64,000 nucleotides of DNA from a virus (IMGVR_UViG_2740891861_000008:1-64000); one strand, 5' to 3'; positions 20,607-30,831 are shown, numbered from the stretch's first letter. Program-made: numbers and translations. The notes: generated from the letters alone by a model not told the origin.

Positions 20607-21632
20607 TCAGTTCGACGTGTGCAGCCGGATCGCCAGCCGCGGCCGCTTGTTGACCGGCAGGATCGAGGCCTCGGTCATGACGTCGATCCAGCGGCCCTTC
20701 TCGTCGAGATGCTGACGCGCATAGAGCGGCAGGCCGATGGTGTTGGCGGTCTCGAGCAGGTTCGCCGGGCCGCCATAGGTGGTGAAGGTGTCCATCGTGC
20801 CCAAGGGGAAGGCGATGCCCTCGTTCGCCGGGACCAGCCGTTCGGGGACCTTGGTCGAGAGGGTGACGGTGCCGGAATATTCCTCGAAGAGGATCCCGCC
20901 GAAGGGGAAGTTGCGCCGCACATCCTCGCGCAGGGGCTGGGCCCCGGTCGCGGCGTAGAACTTGTAGGCCTCTTCGGTCTTCGGATGCGCGATCAGCTTG
21001 TCGAAGAACTCCCGGCTGACCAGCGCATGGACGCTGGTCATCGCCTCGCCCAGCAGATTGTCTTCGATGGCTCGCAGCACCTCGCGGACCTTGCCCTGCA
21101 CGTTCGTTCCAGCCGTGCCCAGCACGAAGTCGACGGAGATCTGCGCGAGGCCGAATTCGGTGAAGTAGTTGTAGAGGGTGGTGCCCGCACCGTCCTTCAC
21201 GATCCCGCGCAGGGCATTCATCTCCATGTATTCGCGGGTCTGCGCGTGCTTGCGGCGCATGAGGAGCAGCTTGCGGTTCATCACCTCGACCAGCGGATCG
21301 GCCGCGTCGAAGGCGCCGCCCAGCGCGGGTTGGCCCTGGATGTCGGCGGGGAGGACCACGTCATCATGTGGGATCCACGGCAGGGCAAACGACCGCATGG
21401 AGCGGCCCTCGCGGGTGCCGACGGTGGCGGGGCCGCCGAGGGGAACGGAGGGCAGGAGGCTGAGGACGCCTTCGTATTGTTCGATGATGACCGAGCGCTG
21501 GCTGACGCCTTCAAAGCGGAAGAGGCCGATCTGGGCGAGGCGGGTGTAGAGGTTGGGCAGGATGTTGATGGCCTGCGTCATCTCGGCCAGCGAATAGCCG
21601 CCAGCGTCGAAGGGATTGCGGACGAGGGTCAT
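20607..21632 (-). CDS. Major capsid protein (lambda gpE-like)
   Basis: 341 aa; T.AIN.LP, T.EY, F.FGGI.FEEY, LPV..RP; follows decoration protein. Confidence 0.9.
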   Translation of the reverse strand: MTLVRNPFDAGGYSLAEMTQAINILPNLYTRLAQIGLFRFEGVSQRSVIIEQYEGVLSLLPSVPLGGPATVGTREGRSMRSFALPWIPHDDVVLPADIQGQPALGGAFDAADPLVEVMNRKLLLMRRKHAQTREYMEMNALRGIVKDGAGTTLYNYFTEFGLAQISVDFVLGTAGTNVQGKVREVLRAIEDNLLGEAMTSVHALVSREFFDKLIAHPKTEEAYKFYAATGAQPLREDVRRNFPFGGILFEEYSGTVTLSTKVPERLVPANEGIAFPLGTMDTFTTYGGPANLLETANTIGLPLYARQHLDEKGRWIDVMTEASILPVNKRPRLAIRLHTSN

Positions 21633-21679
21633 GGGATGCTCCGGGGGATGAGGGGATGGGCGCGGCCGGGTAGGCAGCG

Positions 21680-22060
21680 TCAGACGCCGTCGCGGGCGAC
21701 GATGCCGACGGCGGCCAGCTGGGTGAGCTTCGCGGCGATCTTGGTGCCGTCATCGACCGTTGCGCCGTAGGCGAGGGCTGCGCGCGACACGATCGAGGGA
21801 CCGCGGACCAGCACAATGCCCGTGGCATCGGCCAGCGTGGCGTCGACGGCGTAAAGCAGGACAGCCGTGGCGACCTGCGACCCGTCGGCCCCGGTCGCGG
21901 GCGACAGGGTATACTTGCCGCTGGCCGTGATTTTCCCGAGCACCGAGCCGACGGGGTAGGGCAGGCCCGCGAGGAGCGTCACCACCTCGCGGGTGTAGTT
22001 CGGGTTGACCTCGTATTTGAGGACGTCGCCCATGCTGGGCGGTTCCGTCAGGACGGGCAT
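21680..22060 (-). CDS. Head decoration protein (gpD-like)
   Basis: G.VLGKITASGKY, DGSQ.A.AVL motifs. Confidence 0.85.
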   Translation of the reverse strand: MPVLTEPPSMGDVLKYEVNPNYTREVVTLLAGLPYPVGSVLGKITASGKYTLSPATGADGSQVATAVLLYAVDATLADATGIVLVRGPSIVSRAALAYGATVDDGTKIAAKLTQLAAVGIVARDGV

Positions 22061-22133
22061 GGTTCAGTCTCCACGATGTTGGGGGATGGGGTGCGCCGCG
22101 CGATGACGCAGCGCGGGGTGGTCCGCGCCGGTA

Positions 22134-23447
22134 TCAGCGCGAGGCGGCGGCGGATTTCTTGGCGGCCGCGACGATGGGGCTTTCCTTCGCGCCAGCCGCC
22201 GGGGCCGTGGCGATGATGCCCGCGGCATCGCTGCGGGCAGCGAGATCGGCCAGGACCTTGGCGCGCAGGGCCTCGGGCTTCACGCCCTTGGCCACGGCTT
22301 CGGCGGCGTCGATCTGGATGCCGAGGCGTGCGGCCTGTGCGCAGACCTGCGCGACCTCCGCCGCCTCGGCGCGGATCGCTTCGGGTGACATCGCGGCCGC
22401 CGTGGTTTGCACCGGCGCGACTGCCGCGGGCGGGGTTGGTTCCTGCGGCGTGCTGGCAGCAGGCGCGACCGCAGGCTGCGCATGGTCTTCGGGGGCGGTG
22501 GTCATCATCGAGCCCTTTCCTCTGGGGGTGATTGTGCCGCGATGTGCGGCGGTGAACGCGCGGAAGGCGGTGACGGGATCGGCCACCTCGTCGGCAAGAC
22601 CGGCAAAAACCGCCGCCTCGCCGCGGAAGACGGCGGCTTCGGTGCCCAGCGCGCGTTGGGTGTCGAGGCGCTGGCCGCGGCCCTCGGCGACGGTCTCGGC
22701 AAAGAGTTGGCGGAGGTCTTCCAACTCGCCCGCGATCCTGGCTCGGACGGCCTCGGGCAGGGGCTGGTAAGGGTTCGCATCGACCTTGCGAGCGCCAGCG
22801 TGGATCAGCGTGACGGCGATGCCCTTCTGGTCGAGCGCGCCGCTCATGTCGCTGTGCATGGCCACGACGCCGATGCTGCCGACGGCACCAGTGCGAGGCA
22901 GGATGATGCGGTCTGCTTGTGAGGCCAGCGCATAGGCGGCGGACAGGGCATGGTCAGCGACGAAGGCCTGCACGGGTTTGACCTGCCGCGCCGCCCGGAT
23001 GCGGTCGGCCAGGTCAAAGGCGCCTGCCACCTCGCCGCCAAAGCTGTCGATGTCGAGCGCAATGCCGCGGATGGCAGGGTCAACCACCGCCGCCTGCAGC
23101 TGGGCCGCGATCCCCTCGTAGGAGGTCAGACCGGAGGATTGCCCGATCCAGGCCCCGCGATGCACCAGCGTCCCTGCGATTTCGATGACCGCGATCCCGT
23201 CGACGACGGCGAAGGGCTGGCCGCCGTTCCGGGCCTGGCGGCTGGTCAGGTCGTCGCCAAAGAGCGACGCCCGGGTTGGCATGGTGGCAGCGGCCTGATC
23301 CGCGGGATCCACAGCCATACCCTCGATGCTCACCACCCGCCCCACGATCCGAGGGCCAAGCCCGGTCAGGAAGGCCAGTGCCTTGGCAGGATCGACCATC
23401 AGGGGCGTGTTGAAGACGCGCTGGGCGATTTGGGTGTGATGCATCAT
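22134..23447 (-). CDS. S49 prohead protease with C-terminal scaffold (gpC/Nu3-like)
   Basis: LDIDSFGGE, SAAYALASQAD, GSIGV; internal SD + ATG at 22508. Confidence 0.88.
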   Translation of the reverse strand: MMHHTQIAQRVFNTPLMVDPAKALAFLTGLGPRIVGRVVSIEGMAVDPADQAAATMPTRASLFGDDLTSRQARNGGQPFAVVDGIAVIEIAGTLVHRGAWIGQSSGLTSYEGIAAQLQAAVVDPAIRGIALDIDSFGGEVAGAFDLADRIRAARQVKPVQAFVADHALSAAYALASQADRIILPRTGAVGSIGVVAMHSDMSGALDQKGIAVTLIHAGARKVDANPYQPLPEAVRARIAGELEDLRQLFAETVAEGRGQRLDTQRALGTEAAVFRGEAAVFAGLADEVADPVTAFRAFTAAHRGTITPRGKGSMMTTAPEDHAQPAVAPAASTPQEPTPPAAVAPVQTTAAAMSPEAIRAEAAEVAQVCAQAARLGIQIDAAEAVAKGVKPEALRAKVLADLAARSDAAGIIATAPAAGAKESPIVAAAKKSAAASR

Positions 23448-24958
23448 CCCTCCTCCCTGGTCCGGGGCTCCCGGTCCTCGCTGTCGTCGCTCTCGCGCTG
23501 GTCCTGCTCGTCAGGGCCTGTTTCGCTGCCCTGTTCCTCGCCGCCGGTAGTTCCCGCCGCCTGCGCGGGGGATCCCGGCCGCCGGAAGTCGAGGCCGAGT
23601 TCCGCCTCGCGCTTGCGTTCGGCCGCGATTTCCCGGTCGACCTGCTCGGCGTCGTAGCCGCGTTCGGCGATGGCCTGCGTGCGGGATTTCAGGCCTGCCT
23701 CGATCTGCAGGATCTCGGCCGCGGCATCCTTGGCAGGGTCGATCCAGTCCCACTTGGTGGGGAGCCAGTCGCAGGCAAGGTATGCGCGCCGGTCAGTGGC
23801 ATAGCCCGGCAGGTCGATGGCGCCCGCCAGCACGGCCATCTCCATCCAGCGCGTCCAGACGGCGCGGCAGAGCTGATAGACCATCACCGAATGCTGGAAG
23901 GCCGAGATGCGGCGGCGGAAGTCGACCAGCGCGATGCGCGTGTTCGAGAAGTTCCCCTTCGCGGTGTCACCTGTGAGGTAGCCGTAGGGCACGCCCAGCG
24001 CCGCGCCGACCTGCAGGAGCGTGCGGTACTGGAAGGGCTCATAGGTGCTGCCCGAGTCCGGGGTGGATGGCGTGGTGACATCTTCGCCCGGATCCAGCCG
24101 CACCACCTGTCCGGGTTCGACCTCCAGATCGTCCTCGACCGGGTCGAGGGCGGTTTCCGGGGCGGGCGAGGTGATGAACATCGCGAACATCGCCGCGGTC
24201 TTCTTCCGCTCCAATTCCGCATCGTCGTAGAGATCGAGGGTGAAGAGCTTCACCACTGCCGCGGCGAAGCGCGACACCCCGCGCAGCTGGCCCGCCTCGA
24301 CCGGGTCCAGAATGTGGATCACCTCGGACGCGGGCACGCGCACCGTTTCCCCGGCCAGCCCCGGATCGGTCATGTCGCCCGGGTGGCGGCGCAGGAAGTG
24401 GTACGCCACACGCCGACCGATGCCGTCGAACTCGATCCCCTGCCGGATCGACCCGGCACCGGGCAGAACGCGGATCATGTCCTGGGGCAGCATTTCCGAG
24501 GGCAGCATCTGAAGCTGCATCGGCACCGTCAGACCAACTTCGGGACGCCGGGCGCGGATGCGCAGGAAGACCTCGCCAGCAAGGAACACTTCGCGTGCGG
24601 CGCGGCGCTGAAGGCCAAAGAAATCGGTCAGACCCTCGGAATCCGCCTCGTCGGTCCAGGCGAGCCAGAGCTTCTGCAATTCCTCCTTCTTCGTTGCATC
24701 CGCGATCTTCGACGAGGGCTTGATGCCGTCGCCGACGACATGGTTCGCGAAGGCGTCGACCGCGTTGGCCGCGTAGCCGTTGTTCCTGACCAGCCAGCGC
24801 GCCCGGGCGGTGATGGTCTCGCCCGAGGCCGCGATCAGCGTGTTCACATGCGCGCGGGTGGCCCGGAACCCACGCATGCGCCGATGGGACTGCGCCGCGT
24901 CGAACCCGCCGATGATGGACCCGAGCCGCGCGCGGAAGGCATCCAGCACCATGGTCAC
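23444..24958 (-). CDS. Portal protein, lambda family
   Basis: RAR.LVRNNGYA, GQLRGVS, NFSN.R, WIDP.KD motifs. Confidence 0.92.
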   Translation of the reverse strand: MTMVLDAFRARLGSIIGGFDAAQSHRRMRGFRATRAHVNTLIAASGETITARARWLVRNNGYAANAVDAFANHVVGDGIKPSSKIADATKKEELQKLWLAWTDEADSEGLTDFFGLQRRAAREVFLAGEVFLRIRARRPEVGLTVPMQLQMLPSEMLPQDMIRVLPGAGSIRQGIEFDGIGRRVAYHFLRRHPGDMTDPGLAGETVRVPASEVIHILDPVEAGQLRGVSRFAAAVVKLFTLDLYDDAELERKKTAAMFAMFITSPAPETALDPVEDDLEVEPGQVVRLDPGEDVTTPSTPDSGSTYEPFQYRTLLQVGAALGVPYGYLTGDTAKGNFSNTRIALVDFRRRISAFQHSVMVYQLCRAVWTRWMEMAVLAGAIDLPGYATDRRAYLACDWLPTKWDWIDPAKDAAAEILQIEAGLKSRTQAIAERGYDAEQVDREIAAERKREAELGLDFRRPGSPAQAAGTTGGEEQGSETGPDEQDQRESDDSEDREPRTREEG

Positions 24959-25167
24959 AGACCCTTCGTGGCGACCGTGCCCCAGCGGCGGCGGCGTGGC
25001 GTGGCCGAAGCCGCTGCAACCCGTGCCTCGAGATCGCGAACGGCCGCCGCCAGTTCGGCATCCGAGCCATAGGTCACCGTCTTGCCGTCGTAGCTGACGC
25101 TGCGCAGCCCGGCGAAGCGGGCTTCCTGCAGCGCGGTCAGCAGGGCCTGCATGCGGTCGAGATCCAT
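24955..25167 (-). CDS. gpW-like head-tail joining protein (70 aa)
   Basis: G.RSVSYDGKTVTY; TGATG overlap with terL. Confidence 0.8.
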   Translation of the reverse strand: MDLDRMQALLTALQEARFAGLRSVSYDGKTVTYGSDAELAAAVRDLEARVAAASATPRRRRWGTVATKGL

Positions 25168-27218
25168 CAGTCCCTCATGAAGTTCGGGGTGTAGGTCCGC
25201 CGTTTCCGGCGTGGCGTGGTCAGGGTTCCGGCCTTGGGCTGGGCCGGGTCTTGTGTAGCGATGTCGGTCGCGGTGGCCGAGGGCATGCGCGTATCGACGC
25301 CCGCCTGCGCCTCGAGTCGCCGCCAGGTCGCCTCGTCCCATCGGTCGGCGCCGAGGATCCACACCGCAGCACGGGCGTAGACCCGGCAGTCCAGCGCCTC
25401 GTTCCGCTCGCGCATCTTCTGCCATTCCTGATGGGCATAGCCGCGCTTGTTGCGGATCGTGACCAGCTGTTCGGCCACCAGCTGCTTCAGCCATTCGGTG
25501 TCGGCCCAGCCGGGCAGGTGGATTGTGCCGGGGGCGTCGAGCACACCAGTGGCGCGATTCTCATCCGAGGGCCGTTCGATCCGCAGGAACCGATAGGTCT
25601 CCGCCTTGAACGTCGCCGTGGCCACAGACCAGAGCCGCGCACCGCGGCGCAAGCGCTTCCCGCCGATGGTCGCATCGACATATGTCGGCCCCGAAACCGG
25701 CGCGGCCCGGTTGAAGCCCTCGAGGCCCTTCAGCGGTGCCACCTGTTCGAAGCCGACCTTGCGCGACCAGGCATAGACGGCCGCGGCCTCGTAGCCGGTG
25801 TCGATCCCGAGCCGCGCCACGGTCATGAAGGCACCGTTGGAATGCTGCCAGCTCTTCCCCAACAGCGTGGTCAGCTTGTCCCATGCCGCGGGATCGTCAG
25901 GCCCGCCCGGGATGACGATGTGATCGACGAGCCAGCTTTCCATTCTCCGGCCCCAGGCCCAGATGTCGACCTCGATCCGGTCCCTTTGGACGTCGGCCCC
26001 GGCGGTCAGGAACAGCCCCGCCATGGGCACGGTGCCCGGCTTCCAGGCTTCGCGCCGATCCGCCAGCCGCTGCCATTCCGGAGCGTCGCCGCTCTCGACC
26101 CATGTCTCGCCAAGAAGCGTGTTGCGCGCGGCGCGCAGCGTCTCGTCCGACCCTTGGGCCGCCAGCCATTCCCGCGCGACGTCGGACCAGCTTTTCCACC
26201 CGAGCGGCGAATAGAGCGCCGAGAGGTGGAAGCCGATGGCCTTCGGATCCTTGGAAACCGCCGTCGCCCGCCATTCGCCGCGGGCCAACATCTCGGTCTT
26301 GTGGTGCTCGGCGATGGGACGCTCGCAGCCCTCGCAGTGATAGGCGGCGGTTTCCGGTCGGCCCTTCGCCCAACGCAGGCGGTCGAATTGCAGCCACTGC
26401 ATCGCGCCGCAATGCGGGCAGGGGACAAAATAGCGCCGCTGGTCCGATGCCTCGAACTCCCGCTCGATGCGTGACAGCCCCCGGATCGTGGGCGTCGAGA
26501 CCATGAACACCTTGCGCCGGTGCGAGAAGGTCGTCGTCCGCGCCTCGGCCAGCGTGACCGGATCGCCCTCCTCGTCGGCCGAGGCCGGGTAGGCGTCCAC
26601 CTCGTCGAGAAAGACGTAGCGCGCGGGCATCGACCGCAGGCCGGTCGCGCTGTTCGCCCCGGTCAGCACCAGGATGCCGCCGGGGAATTCCTTCGACAGC
26701 ATCGAGTTGCCCGCATCGCGAGACCGCGCCGGGTTTACCCGTTCACGGAGTGCCGGGCTGTCCGCGATCAGGGGGTCAAGACGACCGCGAGACGTCCGCT
26801 TCGCCAGTTCCAAGGATGGCAGCACCGCCAGCATCGGGCCTGGCGCGTGATGGATGACGAAGCCGATCCAGTTGTTGCCCGCTTCCGTTGCCCCGACCTG
26901 CGCCGCCTTCATGAAGGTGATGCGCTGCGCCGGATGGCCGGGCGACAGCACATCCATGATCTCGCGCAGATAGGGCGCGCGGGCGGTGCGATACCGCCCC
27001 GGCTCGGCCGCGCCCCGCGACGACAGCCAGCGATGCTGATCCGCCCATTCCGATACCGTCAGGTTCGGGTCGGGGCGCATCCCCTGTCGCCAGACCCGAA
27101 GCAGGTCTTCAGCGCCGTCGAAGCCGAGGTCGAGGCCTTCGGTCAGATCGTTGTCATCGTCCTCATCATGCAAGCGAGACCCGGAGGTCGGCGAGGGCGT
27201 CGAGCTGTTCGCGGACAT
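25167..27218 (-). CDS. terL: Terminase large subunit (GpA family)
   Basis: KAAQVGATE, LDEVD, STPT, CPHC..CEGC, RNEALDC; exact start uncertain. Confidence 0.93.
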   Translation of the reverse strand: MSANSSTPSPTSGSRLHDEDDDNDLTEGLDLGFDGAEDLLRVWRQGMRPDPNLTVSEWADQHRWLSSRGAAEPGRYRTARAPYLREIMDVLSPGHPAQRITFMKAAQVGATEAGNNWIGFVIHHAPGPMLAVLPSLELAKRTSRGRLDPLIADSPALRERVNPARSRDAGNSMLSKEFPGGILVLTGANSATGLRSMPARYVFLDEVDAYPASADEEGDPVTLAEARTTTFSHRRKVFMVSTPTIRGLSRIEREFEASDQRRYFVPCPHCGAMQWLQFDRLRWAKGRPETAAYHCEGCERPIAEHHKTEMLARGEWRATAVSKDPKAIGFHLSALYSPLGWKSWSDVAREWLAAQGSDETLRAARNTLLGETWVESGDAPEWQRLADRREAWKPGTVPMAGLFLTAGADVQRDRIEVDIWAWGRRMESWLVDHIVIPGGPDDPAAWDKLTTLLGKSWQHSNGAFMTVARLGIDTGYEAAAVYAWSRKVGFEQVAPLKGLEGFNRAAPVSGPTYVDATIGGKRLRRGARLWSVATATFKAETYRFLRIERPSDENRATGVLDAPGTIHLPGWADTEWLKQLVAEQLVTIRNKRGYAHQEWQKMRERNEALDCRVYARAAVWILGADRWDEATWRRLEAQAGVDTRMPSATATDIATQDPAQPKAGTLTTPRRKRRTYTPNFMRD

Positions 27219-27702
27219 GGGCTTCCAGCACCCTCTGCATGATCGCGGTCTCGATCGTCACCGATGCCCCGGATTGCCGTTCCACCTCCGCCATGATCTG
27301 CGCCGCCATCAGCGCGGCCACCCGTCCGGGCCAGGTCACCCAGACATCCCGTTCCTGCCGCGCCAGGCGAAAGACGAGGGTTTCCGCCCGCGCGCGGTCG
27401 ACCATCGTGCCCTTCTTCTTCTGCACGGCCAGCTGGCGTTCTTGCGCGGCGTAAACCGTCAGCGCCGTGCGCGCCTTGATGTAGGATGTCGTGTCCCCGG
27501 GGCCGCTGGCCAGCCCATCGCCACCAAGCGACCGGCGTTGCTGGTCGGGGTCCGTCATTTCCGCCCGCCGCACATCCGAGGCCGCGGCATTGATCGACCC
27601 GTCGTCATGGACCACCAGCCGCCCGTTCTTCCGAGCCTTCTGGACCCCGCCGCGCGACAGACCGGAATGGGCCGCGTACTCGCGTTCGCTCATGCCTTTC
27701 AT
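27166..27702 (-). CDS. terS: Terminase small subunit (Nu1-like)
   Basis: N-terminal HTH (SEREYAAH.GLSR..V.KA), coiled coil; directly upstream of terL. Confidence 0.75.
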   Translation of the reverse strand: MKGMSEREYAAHSGLSRGGVQKARKNGRLVVHDDGSINAAASDVRRAEMTDPDQQRRSLGGDGLASGPGDTTSYIKARTALTVYAAQERQLAVQKKKGTMVDRARAETLVFRLARQERDVWVTWPGRVAALMAAQIMAEVERQSGASVTIETAIMQRVLEAHVREQLDALADLRVSLA

Positions 27703-27818
27703 GGCGCAGATAACCCGATCAACCCAATGATATCGCTTGGTATTCAGTTGATTAGACAGCGCGATAGAGCGAGTCTGATCTCGAGGAAACGATCCAACTC
27801 AGCGAAGGACGCCCCGCC

Positions 27819-28046
27819 ATGACCACCCGCCGCGCCAGCGACAATTCCAAAGCCCTCGACGCCTTCATCGCCGCCAAGGCCGAGATCGACATCATGCTGG
27901 AACGCCTGAAGGCCCTCAGCGACGACCACTTCGAGACCCACCCCGACGAGATCCATTGGGGGCATGTCGGGACGCTGAAGAACTACGCGAGCCTGCTGCG
28001 CCAGATCACCGACAGCGCCTTCAAGGAAGGCGAACACGCCGCCTGA
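27819..28046 (+). CDS. Small conserved prophage protein
   Basis: SD AAGGA; 75 aa; D.HF..HPDEIHWGHVG. Confidence 0.65.
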   Translation: MTTRRASDNSKALDAFIAAKAEIDIMLERLKALSDDHFETHPDEIHWGHVGTLKNYASLLRQITDSAFKEGEHAA

Positions 28047-28183
28047 CGCGCCCACGCGGCGCGACGGCCGCCCCGTCCGAGGACGGGGGTGAGCCCGGAC
28101 CGTGGCCCCAGTGGGGCCGCGTAAGCCGGGCGAACGTCCGTAGAAGGCACGCACACCGCGCGCCCACAGCCACGGAGGCCCCG

Positions 28184-28747
28184 ATGACCACCCCGTCCGA
28201 CACCCAGTCCCTGATCCTGTCCCGCGCAGCGACCCGGCCCGGCAACCTTGCCCTGCCGCTGCCCGAGGGGCTGGTCGGCGCCGCCGCCAAGATGGTCGTC
28301 GGCAAGATGATCGCCCGCGGCTGGCTCGAGGAGGTCGAGGCGAACCTTCGCCGCGGCGAGCCGATGTGGCGCGAGACCGGCGACGGCCACGGCACCACGC
28401 TGATCGCGACCGAAGCCGGGCTGGAGGCCATCGGGATCGAGCCGTTGGCGGCCAGTGCTGTCGCCAGCGCGCGGAAGGCGAAGCCGAAACCGGAACCGGT
28501 GCAGATGCCCGACGACACCGGCACCGCGAAATTCGTCACCATCCGCGCTGGCACCAAGCAGGCGCAGATCATCGCCATGCTTCAGCGCCCCGAGGGAGCG
28601 ACGGTCGCCGAAATGGTCGACGCCACCGGATGGCTGGCACATACCGTCCGCGGCTGTATCTCGGGGGCGCTGAAGAAAAAGCTGGGTCTGCCCATCGCCG
28701 CGGAGAAGGTCGAGGGCAGGGGAACCGTATATCGCCTCGTCAAATAG
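28184..28747 (+). CDS. DUF3489-type protein
   Basis: SD GGAGG; GTKQAQIIAML.RPEGAT...TGW.AHTVRG motif. Confidence 0.8.
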   Translation: MTTPSDTQSLILSRAATRPGNLALPLPEGLVGAAAKMVVGKMIARGWLEEVEANLRRGEPMWRETGDGHGTTLIATEAGLEAIGIEPLAASAVASARKAKPKPEPVQMPDDTGTAKFVTIRAGTKQAQIIAMLQRPEGATVAEMVDATGWLAHTVRGCISGALKKKLGLPIAAEKVEGRGTVYRLVK

Positions 28748-28791
28748 GCGAATTCTCAGGGCGGAGCCAAATGGGTTTCAGTAGGGCCCGC

Positions 28792-29412
28792 CTATGTGCA
28801 TAGGCCAGCCCAAGGACGAACATGCCGCCACCACTCCAAAGGAGTGAGAACCCTGATCGGCAATAGCCTCAACTGGTCGCGCTTCTTGATAATTGTCCGC
28901 CGATCTCTTGTGCAGAAGACGTCACATTCGAGGCCGACTGCATTTCCGATCAGTTCCCGATCCGCCTTGTCGGGCAGTCGGCGGGTGAAAGGCGCATCGA
29001 TCATGCGCCGCCCGACCACGGAAGCGTAAGCGATCGCTTCGTCTTCAGGCGAAATCAACTCTACAGCGAAGTCTCGCAGCCGCTGGCGGTGTTCGGGATC
29101 GGGCGTATTGTCAACCTCATCAAGCGTCTTTCGGGATGCCATGATCGCCCAGTTTGCCCGCCTGCCAACGTAGAAGATGTGCATTAGCGCTTCGAGATCC
29201 TCGGCAAGTAACGCGTCCTCGATACTCGGTAGCGGCTGTTGCTCGAAAATCTGGTCTGGGTAATTCACGAGCAGGTTCACAACATTCGTGTCGAGAAAAA
29301 TCCGCCCGGGTACGGCGTCATAGGGATAGGCCCTGCAATCCGCACTATGTTCGGCCTCACTGCGATAAAGGATCCAGCGCCGTCTGGTTTCATCCCAATG
29401 TTCGATTCCCAA
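28792..29412 (-). CDS. PIN-domain protein (moron)
   Basis: IFLDTNV, TLDEV, DKADRELI, TRD acidic residue pattern. Confidence 0.65.
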   Translation of the reverse strand: MGIEHWDETRRRWILYRSEAEHSADCRAYPYDAVPGRIFLDTNVVNLLVNYPDQIFEQQPLPSIEDALLAEDLEALMHIFYVGRRANWAIMASRKTLDEVDNTPDPEHRQRLRDFAVELISPEDEAIAYASVVGRRMIDAPFTRRLPDKADRELIGNAVGLECDVFCTRDRRTIIKKRDQLRLLPIRVLTPLEWWRHVRPWAGLCT

Positions 29413-29502
29413 GGATCCACCATCTCATCCGGAAGCTGATGGCATGGAGAATAGACTTGGTTTGAGGTTGATCCAAGCCTCCAACGGCCCGACAAAATGG
29501 CG

Positions 29503-30831
29503 CTACTCCACCGTCAATCCAGCCTTCCTTCCCGTCGCCATCTCCCACCGCCGCACCGCGACGTCGCAGTAGACCGGGTCCAGTTCCACCGCGCAGCAGC
29601 GTCGTCCGGTGCGTTCGGCGGCGATCAGCTGGGTTCCGGAGCCGCAGAAGGGTTCGAACAACAGATCGCCAGGATCGGTGAAGGCCTCCAGCACCGCCTC
29701 TACCAGCGCCACGGGGAACACGGCCGGGTGCGATCCGGCTGCGCCAAGTCCGCCCTTGTGCCGCATGATCCGGAACACGGAGTCCGGGATCCGGTGGCTC
29801 TGGATCGCGTTGCCGAAGCCGGTCTTGCGGTGGACCGTGCCGTCGGCCCCGCGCAGGCCGCCGCCGCCGAGGGTTTCGCCCGCGTGCTTGCTCTCGACCG
29901 TCTTGTTCGGTTTGCGGGGCTGGCGGTTGAAGTGGAAGATGAACTCGTGCGAGGGCGCGAGGCGGCCGTTCCAGTCGCCGGGCAGGCCCGGCCCTTGGTC
30001 CCACACATACCAGCCAAACCGCCGCCAGCCCTGCGCACGCATCCAATCGAGCCAGCCCTCCCAATACGGAACCCACTCGCCATCGCGATGGACGAGGCCG
30101 AGGTTCACCAGCAGCTGGGAATCGGTATTGACCGGCGCTGTGGCGAAGACACCCTGCATCAGCGCATCCCAATCACCGACCTTCTCCTTCGCCGCGCCAT
30201 AGTCGCGCTGCTGGGCGTAGGGCGGGGAGGTGAACATCAGCGCTGCCTGCGCCCCATCCATCAGCCGCGCCACCACGGCCGGGTCGGTCGCATCGCCGCA
30301 GATCAGCCGGTGGTCGCCCAGCGCCCAGATATCGCCGGGGCGGGTGATCGGGTCAGCCGGGGCCTCCGGGATGGTGTCGGCCGCGTCATCGTCGATGGGC
30401 GCTCGGCCGTCGGCATCCTGCAGCAGCGCGTCCAGCTCGTCCTCAGGGATGCCCATCAGCCCGAGGTCGAAGTCCTCGGCCATCAGGCCCCGCAGTTCCT
30501 CGAGCAGGAGTGCCTCGTCCCACCCGCCCAGTTCGGTCAGCTTGTTGTCGGCGATGCGATAGGCCCGCCGCTGCGCCTCGGTCAGATGGCCCAGCACGAT
30601 GACCGGCGCCTCCGCCAGCCGGAGTTGTAACGCGGCCAAGACGCGACCATGGCCCGCGATCAACTCGCCATCTGCGGCGACGAGGCAGGGGACGGTCCAG
30701 CCGAACTCGGCCATGCTCGCGGCGATCTTTGCCACCTGGTCGGCGTCATGGGTCTTGGCATTTCGGGCGTAGGGGCGGAGACGGGCCAGCGGCCAGTGCT
30801 CGATCCGGCCGGGCAGGAGGGGCGCGTTCAT
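29503..30831 (-). CDS. ParB-N + DNA amino-methyltransferase
   Basis: LIAGHGR/IADNK ParB-like; TSPPY; HPAVFP; EPFCGSGT. Confidence 0.9.
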   Translation of the reverse strand: MNAPLLPGRIEHWPLARLRPYARNAKTHDADQVAKIAASMAEFGWTVPCLVAADGELIAGHGRVLAALQLRLAEAPVIVLGHLTEAQRRAYRIADNKLTELGGWDEALLLEELRGLMAEDFDLGLMGIPEDELDALLQDADGRAPIDDDAADTIPEAPADPITRPGDIWALGDHRLICGDATDPAVVARLMDGAQAALMFTSPPYAQQRDYGAAKEKVGDWDALMQGVFATAPVNTDSQLLVNLGLVHRDGEWVPYWEGWLDWMRAQGWRRFGWYVWDQGPGLPGDWNGRLAPSHEFIFHFNRQPRKPNKTVESKHAGETLGGGGLRGADGTVHRKTGFGNAIQSHRIPDSVFRIMRHKGGLGAAGSHPAVFPVALVEAVLEAFTDPGDLLFEPFCGSGTQLIAAERTGRRCCAVELDPVYCDVAVRRWEMATGRKAGLTVE

